From contig JAUPSS010000005.1 in assembly GCA_040285825.1 (NCBI GenBank), positions 868,001 to 932,000 on the forward strand: DNA of 64,000 bases. The letters are read 5' to 3'. The stretch is from Eukaryota sp. TZLM1-RC. Taxonomy: Eukaryota > Protista > Metamonada: BaSk clade. Position numbers and translations under genes: made by a program. Below are positions 1 through 14,251 of the stretch, in pieces; the first letter of the stretch is position 1; each line of letters starts with the position of its first letter. The notes below the pieces were generated by a model that saw nothing but the letters and a program-made list of their open reading frames with translations, made no database searches and was not told the origin of the DNA.

Positions 1-1924
1 TTTCAGAATTAACAAGCCTTTCATTTGAGGCATTACAAGGATCAACAGACATTACATCCAATAAAATGAAGCTTCCATCTAATCCAGGTAATATGACATC
101 ACCTCTATTATTCTTATGAAAATCATTTTCAGCATCAAACAGATTTGACAACAAAGGTTCCAAGAAGGATTCAATTCTATGAGATTTACACATACAATAT
201 AACTGGTCTCTTACAGCATCATGAACCTTGCTTCTAAAAGTAATAAAATGTTTACAATTTAACAAATGAGTAGTTGTAATTTCTCGAGAACATTTACAAA
301 TTAAATTATGAGGTAAATTATCAGGCCAGATAAAGGAACGAAATCTCATATTCAGAGTCCAAGCAGAATCGGATAAGAGAGTACCATAAACTTGTGGAAT
401 TGTTGTTACTAAGGCCGAGGAAGTACTGTCACGCATATCTTGTAAAAGATTTGCAAAAGCGGGATTCTTTTTCTTGGCCAAGCCAAGTCTAACATCAAAA
501 TCCAAGCTTTCAAAAATCTTTGACAATTTTTGTTGAAGCTTTTTACAGCAAAACTGTAAATTAAATAGAGATCGGTTTGGAATTTCTTGAATTGATTGAG
601 GAAAACATTTGGTCCAAATTTGTGGCGGTAATTTTTCAAGTTCACAAGATAACTCATACAAATAGGGACTACAATTGGGGACTAACAGATGAGAATCATC
701 AGGAAATCTACGAGAAAATTCATAAATAAAATTTTTGCCACCACCCAAGAATGCTGATTGACACAAAATTGAAGATTTAGTAAAACCAATACCACCCAAA
801 TTTGCTGAAGAAAATAAATGGCTTTTTAACATTCCTGGTTCTACATCCAATAAATCAGCAAAAAATTCTGTTCTCAATGAATTAAAAGAACGACAAAAAT
901 CTAATGCTATGGAAGGAGCACAAGATCTCAAAATGTGGGTTATTCTCCCAGTGTAGCAAATTTTAAGCATGAAAAATTTAATATGCTTTTCTATATCTAA
1001 AGAAGAAATTGAATCAAGTTCAATTTTCATTTTTTCCAAAATAACTTGCAATTCATTCTGAATTTGAGGCACATTTCCTAACCAACAACCAAGGAACTTA
1101 AAAGCATCACTACAATAATTAGTAAAAGGGACAATAGAATCGTTTATCACGAGGTCTTGAGCAGAAGAGCCAATCAGAAGGCATTTGCTGGCATTAAGAT
1201 GAAGCCCAATATTTTCATATGAATCGGCAATTTCTTGAGCAACCAATTCTAGTAAATCAAATGAACCAATCAAGGATATATCATCCATATAAGCAACTAT
1301 TTTTATAGAAGGGTATTTTTGCTTAATGATATTTAAAGTTTTGTGAATAGCTAAACAAAACAATAATGGGCCTAAAGGATCTCCCTGCTTCACTCCAGAA
1401 GATGATTTAAGACCAAATGAATTAAAAATTAAATCTGATTCTTTCCCATAAAAATGGTAGAAAAAACTCGATAGCTCAGGAAAATCAGATTTAATAACTT
1501 CAAAAATTGCTTCTCGCTTTACAGAATTAAAAGCATTTTTGAAGTCGATATTAAAAATAAAATTATTTTCCTCTGCATTAAAAAAGGTATCAGAGGCAAT
1601 AGCAGCAACAGAAGCACCATCAATTGTTTTGATTCCAAATTGATGAGGATTCAAAAATTTAGAAGCTTTGTCTTTGACACGATCGAAGACAATTGATGCT
1701 AGCAAACGAGAAAGAGATTCACCAACAGCAATTGGGCGTATTCCATCAGGTTTGATTCCGTTTCCAGGCTTTACTAAAGCAATCAGACGTGCTGCGAGTA
1801 ATTCAAATGGAGGATTAATTTTCAAAACAATCAATTGTTGAAAATAGTGGGCTAGATCATCAGCAATTTCGGGAGCACTGGAACACGCTATTTTTAACAG
1901 ATCAAATGAAATTCCAGATGGGCC
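1..1924 (-). mobile_element. CRE-like non-LTR retrotransposon family A, 5'-truncated copy (RT to endonuclease, runs off window edge)
   Basis: Near-identical to part of the 23405-26784 copy; encodes RPIAVGE, QFGI, GVKQGDPLGPLLF, AYMDD and the C-terminal zinc motif/RGD..D. Confidence 0.9.
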
Positions 1925-3816
1925 CCTTAAAAATAGAGGACACAATTCTATTTTGCCAAAACAATCTGTTGAAATTTCTGCCAGTTCTTCTCTTTACAAT
2001 CATTTCAAAATCATCCAAAAAACGTAAAGCAGTTGGTGCAAGTGAACCAAAAAGGGAAAATACAAATGGATACAAATTGTATTTTGCATGCTGTAGACTG
2101 GCCAATTTGGACAAAGGTTCATTGTATTTTTTGAATTTAAAATTTTCAGCATTTGAAAGGGGATTATGAATTTCAGAATTAACAAGCCTTTCATTTGAGG
2201 CATTACAAGGATCAACAGACATTACATCCAATAAAATGAAGCTTCCATCTAATCCAGGTAATATGACATCACCTCTATTATTCTTATGAAAATCATTTTC
2301 AGCATCAAACAGATTTGACAACAAAGGTTCCAAGAAGGATTCAATTCTATGAGATTTACACATACAATATAACTGGTCTCTTACAGCATCATGAACCTTG
2401 CTTCTAAAAGTAATAAAATGTTTACAATTTAACAAATGAGTAGTTGTAATTTCTCGAGAACATTTACAAATTAAATTATGAGGTAAATTATCAGGCCAGA
2501 TAAAGGAACGAAATCTCATATTCAGAGTCCAAGCAGAATCGGATAAGAGAGTACCATAAACTTGTGGAATTGTTGTTACTAAGGCAGAAGAAGTACTGTC
2601 ACACATATCTTGTAAAAAGATTTGCAAAAGCGGGATTCTTTTTCTTGGCCAAGCCAAGTCTAACATCAAAATCCAAGCTTTCAAAAATCTTTGACAATTT
2701 TTGTTGAAGCTTTTTACAGCAAAACTGTAAATTAAATAGAGATCGGTTTGGAATTTCTTGAATTGATTGAGGAAAACATTTGGTCCAAATTTGTGGCGGT
2801 AATTTTTCAAGTTCACAAGATAACTCATACAAATAGGGACTACAATTGGGGACTAACAGATGAGAATCATCAGGAAATCTACGAGAAAATTCATAAATAA
2901 AATTTTTGCCACCACCCAAGAATGCTGATTGACACAAAATTGAAGATTTAGTAAAACCAATACCACCCAAATTTGCTGAAGAAAATAAATGGCTTTTCAA
3001 CATTCCTGGTTCTACATCCAATAAATCAGCAAAAAAATTCTGTTCTCAATGAATTAAAAGAACGACAAAAGTCTAATGCTATGGAAGGAGCACAAGATCT
3101 CAAAATGTGGGTTATTCTCCCAGTGTAGCAAATTTTAAGCATGAAAAATTTAATATGCTTTTCTATATCTAAAGAAGAAATTGAATCAAGTTCAATTTTC
3201 ATTTTTTCCAAAATAACTTGCAATTCATTCTGAATTTGAGGCACATTTCCTAACCAACAACCAAGGAACTTAAAAGCATCACTACTATAATTAGTAAAAG
3301 GGACAATAGAATCGTTTATCACGAGGTCTTGAGCAGAAGAGCCAATCAGAAGGCATTTGCTGGCATTAAGATGAAGCCCAATATTTTCATATGAATCGGC
3401 AATTTCTTGAGCAACCAATTCTAGTAAATCAAATGAACCAATCAAGGATATATCATCCATATAAGCAACTATTTTTATAGAAGGGTATTTTTGCTTAATG
3501 ATATTTAAAGTTTTGTGAATAGCTAAACAAAACAATAATGGGCCTAAAGGATCTCCCTGCTTCACTCCAGAAGATGATTTAAGACCAAATGAATTAAAAA
3601 TTAAATCTGATTCTTTCCCATAAAAATGGTAGAAAAAACTCGATAGCTCAGGAAAATCAGATTTAATAACTTCAAAAATTACTTCTCGCTTTACAGAATT
3701 AAAAGCATTTTTAAAGTCGAGATTAAAAATAAAATTATTTTCCTCTGCATTAAAAAAGGTATCAGAGGCAATAGCAGCAACAGAAGCACCATCAATTGTT
3801 TTGATTCCAAATTGAT
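1925..3816 (-). mobile_element. CRE-like family A copy truncated at both ends (starts at QFGI, ends at IFKG), homopolymer frameshifts
   Basis: ORFs 3026-3838, 2599-3021 and 1902-2828 are consecutive pieces of the family A protein; fused directly to the copy at 1-1924. Confidence 0.9.
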
Positions 3817-6800
3817 AACAACATTTTGATTTCATCAAGTGGCGTAAAGCAAGGAGATCCGTTAGGACCTCTTTTGTTTTGTTTGGCCATTCATCCTATT
3901 CTACTGCAAATTCAAGAGATGTTTCCTTCACTAAAAATGATTGCATATATGGATGATGTTGTGCTTATTGGTGAATTAAATATTGTGAAAAAAGCAACTG
4001 TATGTTTTAAAGAATTATTTACCAAAATTGGTCTCCGACTTAATTTACTTAAATGTGTTTTGTTATCGAATTCTCCAGTTTCCACAATAATTGATGATAT
4101 TGAAATTCAAGCCAAATTATATTCAATTGATGCTATTCGTCATTTGGGTTCGTTTTTAGGAAATAATGATGAAATTACCAAAAAAATTGTTTGAAAAGTT
4201 GAACTCAATTTCTGACAAAATTGACCGAATGATGAATTTAGATATAAAAAAACACATCAAATTTACCATTATAAGACTGTGTTTTAGTTCCAATTTTAAT
4301 CATATATTTCGATCTACAAATCCTCTCGTCACTAGACCTTTGGCTCAAAAGTTTAATGAGTTACGTGCAAAAGTTCTGTCTCAATTACTGGGATGTAAAA
4401 TGTTTCCAAATTCCAGATCATGCTTACCTTAGTCCACAATATGGTGGTTTAGGGTGGACGAAGGCTTCTATTCTTACCTCGTGTGCTTTTTGTTGGTGGA
4501 TGCAGAAATGCAATCTTTGAGTTCTCCGAAAGATTTGCAGATTGGGAAGATTTATTGATGACAACGCAAAGTTCCACTGTTTTTGCATTAAATGAAGAAA
4601 TTTCAAGAATTGATGTAGAAAAATGGGGTCGATGTTTTCCCCAATCATTCAATGGCAATATTCCAGAAAAAAATGTTTTAAATTTGAAGTATACTCTTCG
4701 AACATTACAGAAAAGATTGACTGGAATGTATGAAAAAGATCTTTATAATAATATTTGCAGCTCGGCTGTTTTAAATCAAGATCTTCACTCATTGTTATTG
4801 GAAAAGGGTGTTTGTGAAAACAAGGTGTCAGATTCTTCACTTTTTGTAACCATTGTACCACGAAGATTTGGATTGTGTGCTACTAATGAAGCATTATTGT
4901 TTTGTTTGGCTATTCACAAAACTTTAAATATCATTAAGCAAAAATACCCTTCTATAAAAATAGTTGCTTATATGGATGATATATCCTTGATTGGTTCATT
5001 TGATTTACTAGAATTGGTTGCTCAAGAAATTGCCGATTCATATGAAAATATTGGGCTTCATCTTAATGCCAGCAAATGCCTTCTGATTGGCTCTTCTGCT
5101 CAAGACCTCGTGATAAACGATTCTATTGTCCCTTTTACTAATTATAGTAGTGATGCTTTTAAGTTCCTTGGTTGTTGGTTAGGAAATGTGCCTCAAATTC
5201 AAAATGAATTGCAAGTTATTATGGAAAAAATGAAAATTGAACTTGATTCAATTTCTTCTTTAGATATAGAAAAGCATATTAAATTTTTCATGCTTAAAAT
5301 TTGCTACACTGGGAAAATAACCCACATTTTGAGATCTTGTGCTCCTTCCATAGCATTAGATTTTTGTCGTTCTTTTAATTCATTGAGAACTGAATTTTTT
5401 GCTGATTTATTGGATGTAGAACCAGAAATGTTGAAAAGCCATTTATTTTCTTCAGTAAATTTGGGGGGTATTGGATTTACTAAATCTTCAATTTTGTGTC
5501 AATCAGCATTCTTGGGTGGTGGCAAAATTTTATTTATGAATTTTCTCGTAGATTTCCTGATGATTCTCATCTGTTAGTCCCCAATTGTAGTCCCTATTTG
5601 TATGAGTTATCTTGTGAACTTGAAAAATTACCGCCACAAATTTGGACCAAATGTTTTCCTCAATCAATTCAAGAAATTCCAAACCGATCTCTATTTAATT
5701 TACAGTTTTGCTGTAAAAAGCTTCAACAAAAATTGTCAAAGATTTTTGAAAGCTTGGATTTTGATGTTAGACTTGGCTTGGCCAAGAAAAAGAATCCCGC
5801 TTTTGCAAATCTTTTACAAGATATGTGTGACAGTACTTCTTCTGCCTTAGTAACAACAATTCCACAAGTTTATGGTACTCTCTTATCCGATTCTGCTTGG
5901 ACTCTGAATATGAGATTTCGTTCCTTTATCTGGCCTGATAATTTACCTCATAATTTAATTTGTAAATGTTCTCGAGAAATTACAACTACTCATTTGTTAA
6001 ATTGTAAACATTTTATTACTTTTAGAAGCAAGGTTCATGATGCTGTAAGAGACCAGTTATATTGTATGTGTAAATCTCATAGAATTGAATCCTTCTTGGA
6101 ACCTTTGTTGTCAAATCTGTTTGATGCTGAAAATGATTTTCATAAGAATAATAGAGGTGATGTCATATTACCTGGATTAGATGGAAGCTTCATTTTATTG
6201 GATGTAATGTCTGTTGATCCTTGTAATGCCTCAAATGAAAGGCTTGTTAATTCTGAAATTCATAATCCCCTTTCAAATGCTGAAAATTTTAAATTCAAAA
6301 ATACAATGAACCTTTGTCCAAATTGGCCAGTCTACAGCATGCAAAATACAATTTGTATCCATTTGTATTTTCCTTTTTGGTTCACTTGCACCAACTGCTT
6401 TACGTTTTTTGGATGATTTTGAAATGATTGTAAAGAGAAGAACTGGCAGAAATTTCAACAGATTGTTTTGGCAAAATAGAATTGTGTTTTCTATTTTTAA
6501 GGGGATGTTGAAGATGGTTTCTGATGCTTTGCTTTCTCTTGGATCTCACTATGAGAGAGTTGCATCTAGTGTTTTTGTTTTGGGAGAGATGGATTTTTTA
6601 GATGTTGATTTATAGGTTTAGAATAAAATTAAATTTAAAAAAAAAAAAACTAATGAAGCATTTGTAACAAAAATGAGATTATATTTGAACATCCCCATTA
6701 ACCAATTATTATCAAAAGAAAAATGTATTTGTTCGAATTCACCTCAACTCACTTTGCGCCATGCTCTAAATTGCTCTAAATTGATAACTTATCGTTCTTC

Positions 6801-7416
6801 ATTACATGATGCTGTTAGAGACACTGTTTTCAATATGGCACAAACTGCAAGGATATCGTGTATCAAAGAGCCCCTGCTGAAAGAAACACTTTCTCTGAAT
6901 AATTTTGGTTCTGATGATAGAGGTGATGTATACTGTGATTGGATTGATAATTCTGAAGCTATTGTTGACTTTGTCTCATGTAATGTTGCAAACGATACTT
7001 TGGTTCACAGAAGAAAACTTAATCCTGTGGCTGCTCTGGATTTTAAAGCAAAAGAAAAACATAGAAAATATGATAAAGAAATTGAAGATGCAAATATCGA
7101 TAGAAATACACAGCTGGTTTTTATTGCTTTCCCATTTTCGATAAATGGAAGATTATCAGTTGAAGCAGAAACTTTTTTGGATGACTTCCAAAAAATGGTG
7201 AAAGAAAAAACAATGAAAAGATTTGATATTTTTTTATGGCGTTCACGGATTCAATTTGCCATTATTAATAGATTACCGCGGTTTTTCAATCGAATTAGAG
7301 AAGCTTTAGCTAGACAGCAAGCAAATCAAGATTTTGTAGAGGAAATCTTGGTTTAATGATAGTCGTCCCATTAGTTATGATTTAATTTAATCAAGTGTGC
7401 AAATTCAATAAATTAA
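3817..7416 (+). mobile_element. CRE-like family B, 5'-truncated, interrupted by a family A insertion at 4896-6648
   Basis: GVKQGDPLGPLLF/AYMDD (ORF 3826-4194), endonuclease ORF 6673-7356 (CIC..H..C, RGD..D..K..KY); the uninterrupted sequence is seen at 31501-31540. Confidence 0.9.
4896..6648 (+). mobile_element. CRE-like family A, 5'-truncated insertion with poly(A) tail and 14-bp TSD
   Basis: ACTAATGAAGCATT at 4882-4895 and 6649-6662; AATAAA and A-run at 6622-6649. Confidence 0.93.
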
Positions 7417-7419
7417 ATA

Positions 7420-8285
7420 TCAATCAATTCAAGAAATTCCAAACCGATCTCTATTTAATTTACAGTTTTGCTGTAAAAAGCTTCAACAAAAATTGTCAAA
7501 GATTTTTGAAAGCTTGGATTTTGATGTTAGACTTGGCTTGGCCAAGAAAAAGAATCCCGCTTTTGCAAATCTTTTACAAGATATGTGTGACAGTACTTCT
7601 TCTGCCTTAGTAACAACAATTCCACAAGTTTATGGTACTCTCTTATCCGATTCTGCTTGGACTCTGAATATGAGATTTCGTTCCTTTATCTGGCCTGATA
7701 ATTTACCTCATAATTTAATTTGTAAATGTTCTCGAGAAATTACAACTACTCATTTGTTAAATTGTAAACATTTTATTACTTTTAGAAGCAAGGTTCATGA
7801 TGCTGTAAGAGACCAGTTATATTGTATGTGTAAATCTCATAGAATTGAATCCTTCTTGGAACCTCTGTTGTCAAATCTGTATGATGCTGAAAATGATTTT
7901 CATAAGAATAATAGAGGTGATGTCATATTACCTGGATTAGATGGAAGCTTCATTGTATTGGATGTAATGTCTGTTGATCCTTGTAATGCCTCAAATGAAA
8001 GGCTTGTTAATTCTGAAATTCATAATCCCCTTTCAAATGCTGAAAATTTTAAATTCAAAAAATACAATGAACCTTTGGCCAAATTGGCCAGTCTACAGCA
8101 TGCAAAATACAATTTGTATCCATTTGTATTTTCCCTTTTTGGTTCACTAGCACCAACTGCTTTACGTTTTTTGGATGATTTTGAAATGATTGTAAAGAGA
8201 AGAACTAGCAGAAATTTCAACAGATTGTTTTGGCAAAATAGAATTGTTTTTTCTTTTTTTTAAGGGGATGTTGAAGATGGTTTCT
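7420..8285 (+). mobile_element. CRE-like family A endonuclease-region fragment
   Basis: ORF 7493-8263; directly follows the B 3' end; 3'-truncated at ATGTTGAAGATGGTTTCT. Confidence 0.9.
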
Positions 8286-8577
8286 TTTGTCTGGAATTTC
8301 TTGAATAAATATGGGGAAACATGATTGCCATAAGTCGGGAGATAAACTGGATATTTCTTCTCTTAAGTTATCCAGGAATATGCTATTTGTATTTTCAAGA
8401 AGATTTTCGCCAAAAGGATATCTTCTAGAGAATTCAAATACAAAATTTTTTCCACCACCAATAAATGCAGCTTTGGTCAAATATTTTGATGAATTGAATC
8501 CAACACCGCCAAGTTGAACATCAGAAAAATATGATTTTTCAAAATTGATGGATCAACAGACATTAAATAAGCCAAAA
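8286..8577 (-). mobile_element. CRE-like family C internal fragment
   Basis: LGGVGF..AAFIGGGKNF..IQEIPD, homologous to but distinct from the A/D/F post-RT region. Confidence 0.8.
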
Positions 8578-10628
8578 TTTTTTTTTTAAAAAAACTGGAA
8601 TATTTATTGAGATAAAAATAACCATCTAGAATTCAATATCCTCCAAACAAGCGTCACTATTACTGAACCTACTCACAGCATTACGTTCATATTCTACACC
8701 AATAGCTAAAAGTGCCTTTGAAATCATTGTTGGAATGGACTTGAAAATGCAAAAAACAATTCTATTTAACCAGAAAGTGGAGTTCATTGTTTTACCAGAC
8801 CTATTCAGTAACACTTTTTTAAAATTTTCCAAAAAGTGCAAGCCTGAAGGACCAATATTGCCAAAAAGAGAAATAGCAAACGGCACAAACTGATATTTCA
8901 CATGTTCCACTCTACCTAACTGTGCCAAAGGTTCATCATATTTTTTTATCTTCTTTTTTTCGGTGTTAGATAACGGCGAATCAGCGGAATACACTAAACG
9001 AGCAGCAGAACTTTTGCAAACATCAACTGAAACAACATCTACAACATTGAGAACACCATCGATCCCTGGAGCTACTAAATCTGTCCTTCTTTTACCAAAG
9101 GAATCATCAGTTTGATCTGAAGACAGCTTACGTACTAATGGCTCAATAAATACCTCTATATTGAAACTTTTGCACATAGCATATAATTGATCACGAACTG
9201 AGTCATGAACAATTGAGCGATAAGTTATGAAATACTTACAGTTTAAAATATGGGAAAGCGTAACAACACTCTTGCAGCGACAAATTAAATCATTTGGTAA
9301 AGAACAAGGCCATAGGAAACATCTCATTCTCATTGCAGTGGTCCATTGGTGATCATTAAGTAGAAGGCCATAAATGTTGGGAATTTGGGAGATTAGGCAA
9401 CTTGAGCAACTGTCTTTAAGATCAATCAAAAAGTTTGCAAAAACGGGATTTTTCTCTTAAGCCAAGCTAAGACGTACAATATAATCCAAGTTTTCTAAAA
9501 CTTTCAAGATTTTTTTCTGCAATTTTGCAAATGTCAGTGGTAAGGAGAGCAAGCTTCTTGGAGGAAGTTCCACAATATCAGAGGGGAAACGTTTTGTCCA
9601 AATATTGGGTGAAAGAGTTTCAATTTCCTGTTGCAAAGAAATAGGATAAGAGCTGCCACACTTTTCAATGAGATCAATTTTTTCAGGAAAACGATTCACA
9701 AATTCATATATAAAATTCTTTCCACCTCCAATAAAGACAGCTTTACAAAGGTAGCTTGATTTATGAAAATCAACACCACCAAAATTTGTACCACAAAACA
9801 TGTGGCTTCGTAACTGAGATGCATCAATTTCCAATAATTTTGCTAAGAAATTGGTTCTTTGTTCATTAAAAATTCGACAAAACTCCACAGAAATTGATGG
9901 TGATGTTGATCTCAAAATAAGAGTAAATTTTCCAGAATAACAGATTTTTAGGAAAAAGAATTTCAAATGTTTCTCAATATTTAAATTTTCTATTGATTAT
10001 AATATTCATTATAATATTCATTTCCAAAATGAGTCAACATAGTCGAAAGTTGGCCTTTGACTTCTTCAATATTTCCGAGATAACAACCCAAAAAACGAAA
10101 ACCGGACTGATCATAATTGATAAAGGGGACATTGACATCATTAATGAAAAAATCAATTGGTTCATGGCCAATAATCAAACATTTGGAGATATTCAACGAG
10201 AGACCAATATCTTCATAACGCTGTTGAACAAAAGTTGCTATTTGTTTGAGAATTGTAATAGGAGCAATTTCAGAAATGTCATCCAATATCTATTTCTGGG
10301 AATTTTTCTTTTAATTCGCACATTAATGGATGAATTGCCAGACAAAAGAAAAAAGGACCAAGTGGATCGCCTTGTTTAACACCTGGAGAAGAAAGCAGGT
10401 CAAAGTTTTCATAAACCAATGTTGATGATTTTCCATAAAATGAATAGAAAAAAGGCTCAACTTCAGGAAAATGCCTTTGCAGCAAATGCAAAATGGAAGA
10501 ACGAGATACAGAATTGAAAGCATTCTTAAAATTTAAATCGAAGATGTAATTGGAATCACTAGAATTAAAAAACACATCAGACGAAAGAGCAGCAGATGAA
10601 GCACCATCAATTGTCTTGATTCCAAATT
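8578..10628 (-). mobile_element. CRE-like family D, 5'-truncated, decayed, with 3' A-tail
   Basis: ORFs 10279-10575, 9990-10286, 9457-9966, 8626-9429; AYMDD damaged by a small deletion near 10285 relative to 27405-27423. Confidence 0.9.
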
Positions 10629-10724
10629 GTCAGATCTACTGATGTATCAAACAGCTCAAATGAAAAACTGGCACAATCTTATAATTCACCTTTACGTAGA
10701 GCTGAAGAAGCGAAAATTATCAAG
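10629..10724 (+). mobile_element. 96-bp endonuclease fragment of a further CRE-like family (E)
   Basis: Manual translation VRSTDVSNSSNEKLAQSYNSPLRRAEEAKIIK aligns with DVMSVDPCNASNE..NPLSNAENFKFKKY of family A. Confidence 0.7.
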
Positions 10725-11201
10725 TTTTTTTTAATAATTTTAATTTTATTCAAAACCTATAAATCAACATCTAAAAAATCCATCTCTCCCAAAACAAAAA
10801 CACTAGATGCAACTCTTTCATAGTGAGATCCAAGAGAAAGCAAAGCATCAGAAACCATCTTCAACATCCCCTTAAAAATAGAAAACACAATTCTATTTTG
10901 CCAAAACAATCTGTTCAAATTTCTGCCAGTTCTTCTCTTTACAATCATTTCAAAATCATCCAAAAAACGTAAAGCAGTTGGTGCAAGTGAACCAAAAAGG
11001 GAAAATACAAATGGATACAAATTGTATTTTGCATGTTGTAGACTGGCCAATTTGGACAAAGGTTCATTGTATTTTTTGAATTTAAAATTTTCAGCATTTG
11101 AAAGGGGATTATGAATTTCAGAATTAACAAGCCTTTCATTTGAGGCATTACAAGGATCAACAGACATTACATCCAATAAAATGAAGCTTCCATCTAATCC
11201 A
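10725..11201 (-). mobile_element. CRE-like family A 3' fragment with A-tail
   Basis: ORF 10757-11176; T-run at 10725-10732. Confidence 0.9.
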
Positions 11202-11202
11202 A

Positions 11203-14200
11203 TTCAAGTCCATTCCAACAATGATTTCAAAGGCACTTTTAGCTATTGGTGTAGAATATGAACGTAATGCTGTGAGTAGGTTCAGTAATAGTGACGCTTG
11301 TTTGGAGGATATTGAATTCTAGATGGTTATTTTTATCTCAATAAATATTCCAGTTTTTTTAAAAAAAAAATTTTGGCTTATTTAATGTCTGTTGATCCAT
11401 CAATTTTGAAAAATCATATTTTTTCTGATGTTCAACTTGGCGGTGTTGGATTCAATTCATCAAAATATTTGACCAAAGCTGCATTTATTGGTGGTGGAAA
11501 AAATTTTGTATTTGAATTCTCTAGAAGATATCCTTTTGGCGAAAATCTTCTTGAAAATACAAATAGCATATTCCTGGATAACTTAAGAGAAGAAATATCC
11601 AGTTTATCTCCCGACTTATGGCAATCATGTTTCCCCATATTTATTCAAGAAATTCCAGACAAAAGAAACCATCTTCAACATCCCCTTAAAAAAAAGAAAA
11701 AACAATTCTATTTTGCCAAAACAATCTGTTGAAATTTCTGCTAGTTCTTCTCTTTACAATCATTTCAAAATCATCCAAAAAACGTAAAGCAGTTGGTGCT
11801 AGTGAACCAAAAAGGGAAAATACAAATGGATACAAATTGTATTTTGCATGCTGTAGACTGGCCAATTTGGACAAAGGTTCATTGTATTTTTTGAATTTAA
11901 AATTTTCAGCATTTGAAAGGGGATTATGAATTTCAGAATTAACAAGCCTTTCATTTGAGGCATTACAAGGATCAACAGACATTACATCCAATACAATGAA
12001 GCTTCCATCTAATCCAGGTAATATGACATCACCTCTATTATTCTTATGAAAATCATTTTCAGCATCATACAGATTTGACAACAGAGGTTCCAAGAAGGAT
12101 TCAATTCTATGAGATTTACACATACAATATAACTGGTCTCTTACAGCATCATGAACCTTGCTTCTAAAAAGTAATAAAATGTTTACAATTTAACAAATGA
12201 GTAGTTGTAATTTCTCGAGAACATTTACAAATTAAATTATGAGGTAAATTATCAGGCCAGATAAAGGAACGAAATCTCATATTCAGAGTCCAAGCAGAAT
12301 CGGATAAGAGAGTACCATAAACTTGTGGAATTGTTGTTACTAAGGCAGAAGAAGTACTGTCACACATATCTTGTAAAAGATTTGCAAAAGCGGGATTCTT
12401 TTTTTCTTGGCCAAGCCAAGTCTAACATCAAAATCCAAGCTTTCAAAAATCTTTGACAATTTTTGTTGAAGCTTTTTACAGCAAAACTGTAAATTAAATA
12501 GAGATCGGTTTGGAATTTCTTGAATTGATTGATATTTAATTTATTGAATTTGCACACTTGATTAAATTAAATCATAACTAATGGGACGACTATCATTAAA
12601 CCAAGATTTCCTCTACAAAATCTTGATTTGCTTGCTGTCTAGCTAAAGCTTCTCTAATTCGATTGAAAAACCGCGGTAATCTATTAATAATGGCAAATTG
12701 AATCCGTGAACGCCATAAAAAAATATCAAATCTTTTCATTGTTTTTTCTTTCACCATTTTTTTGGAAGTCATCCAAAAAGTTTCTGCTTCAACTGATAAT
12801 CTTCCATTTATCGAAAATGGGAAAGCAATAAAAACCAGCTGTGTATTTCTATCGATATTTGCATCTTCAATTTCTTTATCATATTTTCTATGTTTTTCTT
12901 TTGCTTTAAAATCCAGAGCAGCCACAGGATTAAGTTTTCTTCTGTGAACCAAAGTATCGTTTGCAACATTACATGAGACAAAGTCAACAATAGCTTCAGA
13001 ATTATCAATCCAATCACAGTATACATCACCTCTATCATCAGAACCAAAATTATTCAGAGAAAGTGTTTCTTTCAGCAGGGGCTCTTTGATACACGATATC
13101 CTTGCAGTTTGTGCCATATTGAAAACAGTGTCTCTAACAGCATCATGTAATGAAGAACGATAAGTTATCAATTTAGAGCAATTTAGAGCATGGCGCAAAG
13201 TGAGTTGAGGTGAATTCGAACAAATACATTTTTCTTTTGATAATAATTGGTTAATGGGGATGTTCAAATATAATCTCATTTTTGTTACAAATGCTTCATT
13301 AGTTTTTTTTTTTTTTAAATTTAATTTTATTCTAAACCTATAAATCAACATCTAAAAAATCCATCTCTCCCAAAACAAAAACACTAGATGCAACTCTCTC
13401 ATAGTGAGATCCAAGAGAAAGCAAAGCATCAGAAACCATCTTCAACATCCCTTTAAAAATAAAAAACACAATTCTATTTTGCCAAAACAATCTGTTGAAA
13501 TTTCTGCCAGTTCTTCTCTTTACAATCATTTCAAAATCATCCAAAAAACGTAAAGCAGTTGGTGCAAGTGAACCAAAAAGGGAAAATACAAATGGATACA
13601 AATTGTATTTTGCATGCTGTAGATTGGCCAATTTGGACAAAGGTTCATTGTATTTTTTGAATTTAAAATTTTCAGCATTTGAAAGGGGATTATGAATTTC
13701 AGAATTAACAAGCCTTTCATTTGAGGCATTACAAGGATCAACAGACATTACATCCAATAAAATGAAGCTTCCATCTAATCCAGGTAATATGACATCACCT
13801 CTATTATTCTTATGAAAATCATTTTCAGCATCAAACAGATTTGACAACAAAGGTTCTAAGAAGGATTCAATTCTATGAGATTTACACATACAATATAACT
13901 GGTCTCTTACAGCATCATGAACCTTGCTTCTAAAAGTAATAAAATGTTTACAATTTAACAAATGAGTAGTTGTTATTTCTCGAGAACATTTAAAAATTAA
14001 ATTATGAGGTAAATTATCAGGCCAGATAAAGGAACGAAATCTCATATTCATAGTCCAAGCAGAATCGGATAAAAGAGTACCATAAACTTGTGGAATTGTT
14101 GTTACTAAGGCAGAAGAAGTACTGTCACACATATCTTGTAAAAGATTTGCAAAAGCGGGATTCTTTTTCTTGGCCAAGCCAAGTCTAACATCAAAATCCA

Positions 14201-14251
14201 AGCTTTCAAAAATCTTTGACAATTTTTGTTGAAGCTTTTTACAGCAAAACT
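11203..14251. repeat. Right arm of ~3.0 kb inverted repeat (partner 5704-8745)
   Basis: Reverse complement of 5704-8745 with a few substitutions and homopolymer differences. Confidence 0.92.

Larger units (their letters stand above)
5704..8745. repeat. Left arm of ~3.0 kb inverted repeat (partner 11203-14251)
   Basis: The order A 3' end-poly(A)-B 3' end-A fragment-C fragment-D 3' end, including all junctions, recurs reverse-complemented. Confidence 0.92.

Noticed and set aside
2590-3040. Programmed frameshifting in the CRE-like ORFs
   Set aside because: Shifts occur at different homopolymer runs in different copies, as expected from decay or long-read errors.
4483-5577. 364-aa ORF that looks like a rearranged RT protein
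   Set aside because: Chance in-frame fusion of family B and the inserted family A at the TSD; ORFs 12596-13351, 14291-14554, 29187-29768 and 31333-32217 likewise cross junctions.
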